From IMG/VR virus record IMGVR_UViG_3300027749_000038: 64,000 nt of DNA. One strand, 5' to 3'. The position numbers and the translations under genes were made by a program. Below the pieces are notes generated by a model. The model did no database searches, had not been told where the DNA came from, and was given only the letters and a program-made list of their open reading frames with translations. Each line of letters begins with the position of its first letter. Position 1 is the stretch's first letter. Shown piece by piece: positions 9,784-18,371 of this stretch. The DNA comes from a virus.

Positions 9784-12705
9784 ATGGGCCGTAGACCTAA
9801 ACAGCAAGATGGTGAAGAAGAAGATGAATTCTCCTTAGATGATTTACAAGCAGAAGACATTTTAGTAGATGGTAAATTTTATAAGGGGAATGAGAATATT
9901 CTCCGTACCAAGAATGCGGTGTTCAAGTGGACTCCGGAGATGCAAGAGGATTTTAAACTTTGCCATAAAAGTATACTTCATTTTGCAGAAGCTCATTACA
10001 CCATTACTCATTTGGATAGAGGTAAGGAAAAAATCAGTCTTTACAAATACCAAAAACATCTTCTCAAAACTTTTAAAAAAGAACGTTTTACTATTTTGTT
10101 ATCATCCAGACAGTCTGGAAAGGCCTTAGATATTAATACAGTTATTCCCACACCTCAAGGAGAAGTGAAAATGGGAGATTTAAAAAACGGAGATCAAATT
10201 TACGGCTTAGACGGAAATGCTTATAATGTGGTTAAGGCTCATGATTTTTTATATGACAGAAATTGTTATAAGATAATATTTGACAATGGTGAAGAAATCA
10301 TAGCAGATGAAGATCATTTATGGTTTACACAAGAAAGATCTGAAAGAAAAAAGAATTTATCTGGTAGTGTAAAAACAACAAAAGAAATTTTAAATACCTT
10401 GACAGTTGGTGGTAAAAAAGAACCCAGACATCGCATACCCATGGCTAGAAACGGAATATTGGGTACAGAGGCAAAGTTGCCAATAGATCCATACATTCTC
10501 GGTTTATGGTTAGGTGATGGAAATACAGATGGAGCTAATATAACTGTAGGACCGCGAGATGTTGAGTTTTTATATGAAAAATTAAGTAATAATAAACAAT
10601 TTAATAAAATTACTTTATACCAATTTAAAGAACGTTTATGGGCTATAAATCCCACTCACACGGACAGAAAACAATCTTTATGGACTTGTTTAAAACAAAA
10701 TAATTTATTAGGAAACAAACACATACCAGACATATATTTTACAAGTTCCCGAGAACAACGTTTAGAATTATTAAGAGGTTTGATGGATTCAGATGGTTAT
10801 ATATCTCATTCAGGTCAAGCCAATTTTGACAATAGTAATTTAGAGTTAGGTTATCTAGTTGTAAAGCTCATCAGGGAATTGGGTTATAGTGTTACCTATA
10901 TCATACACACTCCAAAATTTAATGGCAAAGAATGTGCAGATTCTATGAGGGTTTGTTTTAAACCTCGAGAAGAAGTGGTGAGTATACCTTATAAAAAAAA
11001 TAAATTAAAATTAACAAATGAATTAAGAAGAAATACTTGGCATTATATTAAAGAAATAATTCCGGTAGAAAGCAGACCCGTAAGATGTATTACTGTGGAT
11101 AGTCCAGATAACTTATATCTTTGTGGCAATTCTCTTATTCCAACACATAACACCACCACCATGGCTATTTATGCTTTGTGGTATGTCTGTTTTCAACAAG
11201 ATAAGCGAGTAACTATTATTTCATACAAAGCAGATTCTGCTAAAGAAATTTTTGCTCGTATTAAAACTGCTTATGAAATGTTACCAATTTATCTCAAACC
11301 GAGTATTAAATCTTGGCGCAAAGATGGTTTAGATTTAACCAATGACTCTTCTATTACCATTTCCACAGGCCCTCGTGGCGGTTCTAGTAACTTATTGATT
11401 ATTGATGAAATGGCTTTCTGTCCTCCAGAAGACATGGCAGAGCTCTGGAGATCTTCTATTCCAATTATTATTCAATCGCAGAAGTCTCAAATTATTTTAA
11501 TCAGTACTGCTAACGGAACCGATAATAAATTTTATCAACTCTGGCAAATTGCTCAAAAATCAAATAGTATGTGGCATCCAGAACGAGTAGATTGGTGGGA
11601 TGTTCCGGGTCGAGATGAAGCCTGGAAAGCAGATGCTGTAGAATTGTTAGCTTCTGAAGGGAGGGGCCAAGAAGACTTTGATCAAGAATTTGGTAACCAG
11701 TTTATAACTCCAGGCAGATCTGTTGTAGATCCAGATTTACTAGAACAATTAAAAAATTGTCCAGAACCTAGTATGGTTTTAGATGAAGGCAAATATTTAA
11801 TATATAAAATGCCAGAGGTGGGAAGACATTATGTAATGGGGGTAGACGTGGGAGAAGGTATTGGTCGTTCTAATACAGTGGCTCAGGTTTTTGATATAAC
11901 TAATTTACAAGAAATAGAACAGGTAGCAGTTTATGCTTCTAATACTATTAGCCCATATCATTTTGGTACTCGTTTATTAGGAGTTTTGAATGACTGGGGT
12001 AGACCACCAGTGTTAATTGAAAATAATAATAACGGCAATCAGGTTATAGATGTCGTATTTCATACTCACAACTATGAAAATTTAGTTTCTTACACTTTAG
12101 AAGGAAATAGTGTTCATTATAATACTAAGAACCGTAAAGGTATTCATAGTCATACAACTACTAGATATAATGGAGTTAGTAATTTTAGATATTGGTGTAA
12201 TAGTTTAAGAGCCATTAAATTTTATGATCCAGAAACTATTAGAGAACTTCATACTTTTGTAAGATTGCCTAATCAAACCTATAGTAAACAAACTAAAGAA
12301 GATTTAGATGATAGAGTATTTGGTTGTATTTGGGCTTTGTTTATTTTAAATCCTAGTATAGTTCAAAATTATTTTCAAATAATTGATATGGATGATCAGG
12401 GAAGACCTAAAGAAATGGTTTCTTTGTATGATAATAAAGATTTATTAAAACAAAGTCCATTATTGGTGGGTGGTTCTGGGTTGTTTCGAAGAAATAGGGT
12501 AATTAATACTATGCCAGTGATGATTAATCCTACTCCTCAAAACGAGCAAGATAACGAAGCTCGTCAATTATGGAATTGGTTGCATACAGTCGCATATGAT
12601 GATCGAAATATAGATCCCTACAAACCAGCGGAGCCAGAATTTATGACTGCAGATGCCTTGGAAGGAATGTATAAAGAAGACTATAAACCAATTATATTAT
12701 TTTAA
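9784..12705 (+). CDS. gp17: Terminase large subunit (gp17-like) with intein
   Basis: Walker A SRQSGK|T interrupted by the intein, Walker B LIIDEMAF, ISTANG, nuclease MGVDVGEG and DDRV. Confidence 0.95.
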   Translation: MGRRPKQQDGEEEDEFSLDDLQAEDILVDGKFYKGNENILRTKNAVFKWTPEMQEDFKLCHKSILHFAEAHYTITHLDRGKEKISLYKYQKHLLKTFKKERFTILLSSRQSGKALDINTVIPTPQGEVKMGDLKNGDQIYGLDGNAYNVVKAHDFLYDRNCYKIIFDNGEEIIADEDHLWFTQERSERKKNLSGSVKTTKEILNTLTVGGKKEPRHRIPMARNGILGTEAKLPIDPYILGLWLGDGNTDGANITVGPRDVEFLYEKLSNNKQFNKITLYQFKERLWAINPTHTDRKQSLWTCLKQNNLLGNKHIPDIYFTSSREQRLELLRGLMDSDGYISHSGQANFDNSNLELGYLVVKLIRELGYSVTYIIHTPKFNGKECADSMRVCFKPREEVVSIPYKKNKLKLTNELRRNTWHYIKEIIPVESRPVRCITVDSPDNLYLCGNSLIPTHNTTTMAIYALWYVCFQQDKRVTIISYKADSAKEIFARIKTAYEMLPIYLKPSIKSWRKDGLDLTNDSSITISTGPRGGSSNLLIIDEMAFCPPEDMAELWRSSIPIIIQSQKSQIILISTANGTDNKFYQLWQIAQKSNSMWHPERVDWWDVPGRDEAWKADAVELLASEGRGQEDFDQEFGNQFITPGRSVVDPDLLEQLKNCPEPSMVLDEGKYLIYKMPEVGRHYVMGVDVGEGIGRSNTVAQVFDITNLQEIEQVAVYASNTISPYHFGTRLLGVLNDWGRPPVLIENNNNGNQVIDVVFHTHNYENLVSYTLEGNSVHYNTKNRKGIHSHTTTRYNGVSNFRYWCNSLRAIKFYDPETIRELHTFVRLPNQTYSKQTKEDLDDRVFGCIWALFILNPSIVQNYFQIIDMDDQGRPKEMVSLYDNKDLLKQSPLLVGGSGLFRRNRVINTMPVMINPTPQNEQDNEARQLWNWLHTVAYDDRNIDPYKPAEPEFMTADALEGMYKEDYKPIILF
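10123..11151 (+). mobile_element. Intein (343 aa) with LAGLIDADG homing endonuclease; Ala at position 1, class 3 signature
   Basis: Starts ALDINTVIPTP after GK and ends IPTHN before T. Block B ADEDHLW, block F VRCITV, endonuclease motifs YILGLWLGDG and LLRGLMDSDG. Confidence 0.92.
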
Positions 12706-12706
12706 T

Positions 12707-13333
12707 ATGGAACAATCAATTTTAAATAGATCAAGGTTAGATAAATTTAGTTTAATTATGGATCTTCCTCTCATTCTTAAAAGAGAATCAGATCCAGTTA
12801 TTAAAAACAAGCAAAATCCAGACACAGTACAGTTTACGGTATTTGGTTCTCCGGTTCCAGCTATTAAAATACCTACTATAAATTTGGCATATGGTGGACA
12901 AAATGTAAGTGTTTCATCTCATTCCAGACCAGCTTATCCAGATTTAAATTTAAAATTTTTAATTGATAACGGTTATATGAATTATTGGATTTTGTGGAAA
13001 TGGTTAAACCATTTCAATAATTCTTTTGATGGAACCACAGATGTAATTTTACAACGCAGAGTAGATTTAACCAAAGACGTATCTGTTCATGGAGTGGTTG
13101 GTAATACTTTTTTTGATTTTACTACGAATATAAATTTATTGGCTTTAGATGAATATAATAATCCTATTGCTTCTTTTAAATATGCAGACGCCTATATTAG
13201 TTCTTTAAGTGAATTGAATTTTTCACACCAAGATGAATCTATTATTTCCTGTACGGCTACTTTTGCTTACAGCCAATTTCATGTTGAATTGTTAGCTAAT
13301 GTAGGAGAAAACACCCAATATTATGGCGTTTAG
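12707..13333 (+). CDS. gp3: Tail completion / tube terminator (gp3-like)
   Basis: VPAIKIP, DLNLKFLIDNGYMNYWILWKW and CTATFAYSQF. Start placed at the ATG just after the terminase stop. Confidence 0.7.
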   Translation: MEQSILNRSRLDKFSLIMDLPLILKRESDPVIKNKQNPDTVQFTVFGSPVPAIKIPTINLAYGGQNVSVSSHSRPAYPDLNLKFLIDNGYMNYWILWKWLNHFNNSFDGTTDVILQRRVDLTKDVSVHGVVGNTFFDFTTNINLLALDEYNNPIASFKYADAYISSLSELNFSHQDESIISCTATFAYSQFHVELLANVGENTQYYGV

Positions 13334-15053
13334 TGTAAATCAAAACGGAATATCCTTTGGAAACGATTTGGAACAAACAAAATCTGTATACCAAATCGGC
13401 GCAGATTATTTCTGGATAGAAATATGGATGTATAGTTATGATGTAGGCAAACCCCCTTATCAATTACCATTTGCAGCTGTAGAACAATTAGTCATAGAAG
13501 AGACATTATATGACTGGAATGTTACTGGATATATCACAATAGAAAATTGGAATGAGATTATAGAAAGAGGTGTTTATGCTTCCAGACCCACACCTAAAAA
13601 TCCTCAAGGTTATATTTCCTCACCAACCTTGCCTGGTTTTTTAAATTTTAGAACAGATGGGAGAAATTTAATCAGTTTTAAAATATATCCTTATGTTACG
13701 GACAATAAAAATAACCCCTCTTCTACTTTGGATGCAGAAAATTGGGTTATGTCTCTCGATTGTAGCATATATGATATTCAAGACACTTCAAAAGATAACT
13801 TTAAAAAGTTAAGAACCTTTTATTTCAAAGATATAAGACATCAAATTTTTTCAGAAAGACGACTACAGTGGAGTACTGGAAATATAGCCAGTAAAATAAA
13901 AGAGAAGCAAGGCACACCATTAGATTTGAGTATGGCTTATGATTCAGAAAAAAGTCTACCGGCCGGAGTGATTTTAAAACATTTTATATCAAATATTAAT
14001 TGTGGTTCTTTAGAGGTTATGTCAGAAACTCCTTTAAAAATGGCTTATGATTCTGAGGGTTCTATAAATAAACCGAATGTATCTATTTTGGATATTGATC
14101 CGTTATATTGGGATGATGGAGATCCTACAAATAAAATTTTATACAACTCCCCAGCTGGTTCTACTGTATTAGATGATATAAATTATATTTTAAAATATGC
14201 AACATCATCAGATACTAATAATCCATCTCCTTTAATTTTGCGAGTAGGAAATAGAGGAATGGCCGAAGGAATGTTAAGATCCAATCAAGAGTATAAAGGA
14301 AAATTGAATAAAAAATGGACCTTGACTCCCTTAGCAGATTTATTTAAACATTCCCAATCTTTACAAAAAGAAAGAATTATATTGAGAGATTTTGCCGCTT
14401 CTGATGCAGCTATTACTGTTGGAGAAAGAGCTTTTAGCCAGGCCGGTCCAGATGCAGATAATAATTTTAATTCACCCATTGCTTCTGTAGCTGACAACTA
14501 TCAATTTGCTCCTATGGTTGCTATAGATGATTTAGAATTTGCCAATAGTCCGGTGGTTCAATTTAAGTTTGATCAGACCCAATATGAAATTAACTTTAAC
14601 AACAATAAAGTTGCTGATGTAATTGGTAATGCAACTTTGATGGGCAAATCTGGATTATTTAATTTTTCAAAAAATAACAAAGAAGCTCAAATTTTATTAA
14701 ACACTAATCAAACCAAACTTAGCGGCTTAAATACTCAATATAATTTTACCACACAATCTTTAGTTTCACCAAATTATACGGGTATGCAAATGTTAAAAAA
14801 TCTTGTATATAAAAATCAAGCATTATATCTTCAAATACCGGGTTTAACTATGAGAAAACCTGGAAATTTTTTACACATATACAGACCTATACCAGAAAAA
14901 AATTCTTTTGATGATAGATTTTTCGGTCAATGGTTAACTGTTAAAGTAGTACATTTTTTTACAAAAAATTCTTATACTAATGATATAATTTGCACCAAAA
15001 TAGATAGTTATAGTAAGATATATGAAGTTGGCAAAAATGATATAGCCCCTTAA
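13323..15053 (+). CDS. Baseplate hub protein (gp27-like, with insertions)
   Basis: IEETL..W..TGYITI at the N-terminus; IPGLTMRKPG.F and GQWLTVKVVHFF....TNDI at the C-terminus; upstream of the gp5-like genes. Confidence 0.6.
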   Translation: MAFSVNQNGISFGNDLEQTKSVYQIGADYFWIEIWMYSYDVGKPPYQLPFAAVEQLVIEETLYDWNVTGYITIENWNEIIERGVYASRPTPKNPQGYISSPTLPGFLNFRTDGRNLISFKIYPYVTDNKNNPSSTLDAENWVMSLDCSIYDIQDTSKDNFKKLRTFYFKDIRHQIFSERRLQWSTGNIASKIKEKQGTPLDLSMAYDSEKSLPAGVILKHFISNINCGSLEVMSETPLKMAYDSEGSINKPNVSILDIDPLYWDDGDPTNKILYNSPAGSTVLDDINYILKYATSSDTNNPSPLILRVGNRGMAEGMLRSNQEYKGKLNKKWTLTPLADLFKHSQSLQKERIILRDFAASDAAITVGERAFSQAGPDADNNFNSPIASVADNYQFAPMVAIDDLEFANSPVVQFKFDQTQYEINFNNNKVADVIGNATLMGKSGLFNFSKNNKEAQILLNTNQTKLSGLNTQYNFTTQSLVSPNYTGMQMLKNLVYKNQALYLQIPGLTMRKPGNFLHIYRPIPEKNSFDDRFFGQWLTVKVVHFFTKNSYTNDIICTKIDSYSKIYEVGKNDIAP

Positions 15054-15056
15054 ATT

Positions 15057-15371
15057 ATGGACAAAGAACAATTAAAAAAGCGACTAGAAGAAATAAAGTC
15101 TAGATTACCGGCTTGGAAGCCATCCTCCAACGGCACTCCGGGATTAGCTACTATGGCTCGTAATGTTTCAGACAGCATTATAAGAAATGTAGGAAGTGTG
15201 TTAGAGGGTAATAATTTAAAAGTTTCTGATACACAAAAGCAAAGCAGACTAAATATTTGTAATGAATGTTCTTTTTTTGATAAAGAACAACAAAGATGTA
15301 AAAAGTGTGGATGTTATATGGCTGCTAAAACTATGTTAACAGCTGAAAAATGTCCTATAGGAAAATGGTAA
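15057..15371 (+). CDS. Small Cys-rich (zinc-binding) hypothetical protein
   Basis: RLNICNECSFF..RCKKCGCYM..K....KCPIGKW. Confidence 0.6.
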   Translation: MDKEQLKKRLEEIKSRLPAWKPSSNGTPGLATMARNVSDSIIRNVGSVLEGNNLKVSDTQKQSRLNICNECSFFDKEQQRCKKCGCYMAAKTMLTAEKCPIGKW

Positions 15372-15375
15372 ATAT

Positions 15376-16836
15376 ATGGCCTCTTGTAATTCTAGACAAT
15401 ATAACGAATCTAATATAGTTATTCATACACCGGAACAATTTAAAGTTGCCGATGAAGAAAAGTTATCTGGTTTGGATAATACAGAATTGGGATTATTGCG
15501 AAGCATTTTGGGTGGTACTAATGTCGGTAATGAATACTGCGCTGCTTTGCATATATTGAATAGGGGTTATAAAATTTTAGGAGATTCATTTGCTTTTGAT
15601 GGGCATGAAATAGCGGTTGCAAATAAAGATTTTTACAATGAATTAATCAAACCAGGTGGACATCTAGACCATGCTGGTATACTGGCAAATGCTACAGCCA
15701 AGACCCCGGCTGGTAAATCAGGGCAATTAAAATATCCAGTTCCGGGTTTATTGGTTAGATTGATAGGGATGAGACAAAAAGACCCTATTAATGGTCCGCG
15801 GACTCACCTGCCTCCTAATTGTGATGCTATTCTGGCTGAATCGGGTTCTGAATGGGCTAATGCTATAGGAGATTGGGTAGAAAGTATTAATTCACATTCT
15901 TATTTGACCAATACAGCTATTGGTCAATTTGGTGGTATAACTGAAGCTGTACATTTTTTATCTAGTGCTGTTGGTAGTTTTAGACAAGCCATGTTAGATT
16001 TATATCAAGGTATGCAATTAGCTGCCTTACAAGCTCAACTTTTTTTAAATCATTGTATTGGTATACTAGAAGATTTTATAGTTAATAAATTTTTAAAATC
16101 TGGATCTAAAGCTTTGATTATGTTGACAGTGGTTTGTTTAATTCTTTCAGCTGTTCAAACTCTTATAGATGATATAGCTTTTTTTGGATCTTTGTTTGAT
16201 GGGTCTGATAATCTTTACAGAATACTTAATATATTTCAAAACGTGGTTAATATAGGATCTGAAGTCATTAATGTAATTGAACACCCCATTACAGTGGGTG
16301 TGGCTCAATATGTGTTTCCTAAAGAAGCTCAAGCTTTGGCTAATTTTATTAATTCTATCGGTCAATTGCCAGAACAATTCATGGGATTTTTGATTCAAAG
16401 TTTTAGTTTTGGAGGCAAAGGAAGCAGTTCTGCTCTTGCTATTGCAAACGCAATTATTAAACATTATTGTTTGGGTTCTCAATTGGGTGAATTAGAACCA
16501 GTTATGGATAGTTTTGGAACTGCTGTGCCTTCTTCTAAGTGGAATAGATCTGGCACTCCTAGTTTTAAAGGTCCCATGTCTTTTTACCCAAAAAATGTTC
16601 CTTATGAATTGCTGAGTAAAGTTAATCCTAATTTGTTTGCTTTTGGAAAATTGCGACCTGACGGAACTCCAGAATTTACATTATCCGGTCTTAAAAATTC
16701 TTTTTCTTCTTTGGTAGACCCGGCTGGAAATTATTATTTTGGCAAGGCTGCATATGATTTAGGAGCAGCCGGTGATAACGCAAATCATTTTGTGAAGGCT
16801 TTGCGTACTAGTATGGTTTCTAAGGAGTATAAATAA
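15376..16836 (+). CDS. Hypothetical virion-associated protein with hydrophobic helices
   Basis: 486-aa ORF in the structural operon; hydrophobic segment ALIMLTVVCLILSAVQTLI. Confidence 0.5.
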   Translation: MASCNSRQYNESNIVIHTPEQFKVADEEKLSGLDNTELGLLRSILGGTNVGNEYCAALHILNRGYKILGDSFAFDGHEIAVANKDFYNELIKPGGHLDHAGILANATAKTPAGKSGQLKYPVPGLLVRLIGMRQKDPINGPRTHLPPNCDAILAESGSEWANAIGDWVESINSHSYLTNTAIGQFGGITEAVHFLSSAVGSFRQAMLDLYQGMQLAALQAQLFLNHCIGILEDFIVNKFLKSGSKALIMLTVVCLILSAVQTLIDDIAFFGSLFDGSDNLYRILNIFQNVVNIGSEVINVIEHPITVGVAQYVFPKEAQALANFINSIGQLPEQFMGFLIQSFSFGGKGSSSALAIANAIIKHYCLGSQLGELEPVMDSFGTAVPSSKWNRSGTPSFKGPMSFYPKNVPYELLSKVNPNLFAFGKLRPDGTPEFTLSGLKNSFSSLVDPAGNYYFGKAAYDLGAAGDNANHFVKALRTSMVSKEYK

Positions 16837-16837
16837 A

Positions 16838-18337
16838 ATGTCACCACAATACGGCAACCATATAGGAATCATAATAAATAGCTTAGACCCTGAGGGCAGA
16901 GGAAGGGTTCAAGTTTTTATTCCTCATTTATCAACTACTTTGTTTAATCAGTGGAATGTAAATGCTCAAGATATAAAATTAGATGCTCAAACTTTTCAAG
17001 AGTATGTTAAACAAGATAATCCTATAGGAAAATCTTTGAGAGAAAATTTACCATGGGCAGAAGCTGCAAGACCTTTATTAGGATCTGGTGGAACCACAAT
17101 TGTAGGACGAAATGGAAAGACGGAACCTGCTGCAACTCCAACTCCATCGGACAGTCAACTAGCTAAAAATATTAAATTGGCAAATAAAAACCTCGGAGCA
17201 CCATCCGGCGAACCAGTTAATGTTGAAACAATTTTTCCGTTGAAGGCTACTGGAGAATCTTTGAAGATGAAAACTGCCGTGAATGATAAAGAAGAACCCT
17301 TGGTTTATTATTATAATGGAAAAAACTATGTTAAAACGCCAATTTCTCAAGCAACGGCTGGTACCTTCAACCAGCCCATAAAAGGAGCAAAAACTGGGAC
17401 TATAATAGGAACCATTACTTATCAAAAAATAGCAGGACCTGTAATAACCACAGATTATAATCAAACTCGAGATAAAATGATATCCCTTGCAACTTCAAAT
17501 TGGAATTCTATAAGCACAGACTTGTTGGGAAACAATCGTAATGGAGGAAATAACGGCATAGATACACCAGAAAAATATGTTGATAAAGTAATAATTCCTA
17601 TAGCAAAAGCAGAAACGGTAGATAGCGAAAATTTAGGATTTCAACCTGCGGTGCCATTTATAGAATCAAGCGGATATATCTCCTATGGTTTTGCGGGATT
17701 GACACCTGCAGAATCAGATGGTAGTTCCAAGGGGGATATCTCTAGATGGATAGACGGTGGCAAAGCTAATTTATTTGCTTCTTATGGTGTTGATAAATCT
17801 ATGGATAACATTCAAGGTGTTACCGATCCAGACATAGGCCTACAGGCAATGATGGCTACAGTTCAGGCCAATTTACAGAAGTCTCCTACACAGTCTATAT
17901 CAGATGCTCTTGATGGAGGAAGAACAGATGGACCAGGTTCTTTCGGGACAACGACTATAAACGCCTTAAAAGGATCTTTAAACGGCAATTCTTCTACGAA
18001 GAACATAGGTTCAAATACGAATGGAGTACCATTAGACTCCAAGGTGAGAACTGCTGGTCAAGTTTATACTGGCCCAGTACGTTCCGGACCAATAGATAAG
18101 TCAACTTTCGGAAAAGGTGCAAATTATCAATTACCTCAAGGTTCTAATTCAGTTCCTCAACCTGGTAATATGGTTTGGGTTTTCTTTTTAAATGGAGATT
18201 TACAAAAACCTGTATATTTTGCTTCTGTAACAGAAGCATATGCAAATGCAAGAGATCAGGTGGTGCCGGTAAGTCCTCCAGCCAGCGCTCCAGTTGTACC
18301 TAAACAACATGGCCTTGATGCTCCGGATGTTGTTTAG
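16838..18337 (+). CDS. gp5-like spike N-terminal OB domain with large insertion (candidate lysozyme-like domain)
   Basis: GIIINSLDPEGRGRVQVFIP..LPWA and VPQPGNMVWVFFLNGD..KPVYF flank ~360 aa containing IAKAET..SYGFAGL..DPDIG. Confidence 0.75.
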   Translation: MSPQYGNHIGIIINSLDPEGRGRVQVFIPHLSTTLFNQWNVNAQDIKLDAQTFQEYVKQDNPIGKSLRENLPWAEAARPLLGSGGTTIVGRNGKTEPAATPTPSDSQLAKNIKLANKNLGAPSGEPVNVETIFPLKATGESLKMKTAVNDKEEPLVYYYNGKNYVKTPISQATAGTFNQPIKGAKTGTIIGTITYQKIAGPVITTDYNQTRDKMISLATSNWNSISTDLLGNNRNGGNNGIDTPEKYVDKVIIPIAKAETVDSENLGFQPAVPFIESSGYISYGFAGLTPAESDGSSKGDISRWIDGGKANLFASYGVDKSMDNIQGVTDPDIGLQAMMATVQANLQKSPTQSISDALDGGRTDGPGSFGTTTINALKGSLNGNSSTKNIGSNTNGVPLDSKVRTAGQVYTGPVRSGPIDKSTFGKGANYQLPQGSNSVPQPGNMVWVFFLNGDLQKPVYFASVTEAYANARDQVVPVSPPASAPVVPKQHGLDAPDVV

Positions 18338-18357
18338 TTGCTTAAAAAACAAATTTT

Positions 18358-18365
18358 TCTAAATA
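18358..18365 (+). promoter_or_regulatory. Putative late promoter TCTAAATA
   Basis: 6 nt before ATG 18372. Confidence 0.5.
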
Positions 18366-18371
18366 TAAAAT

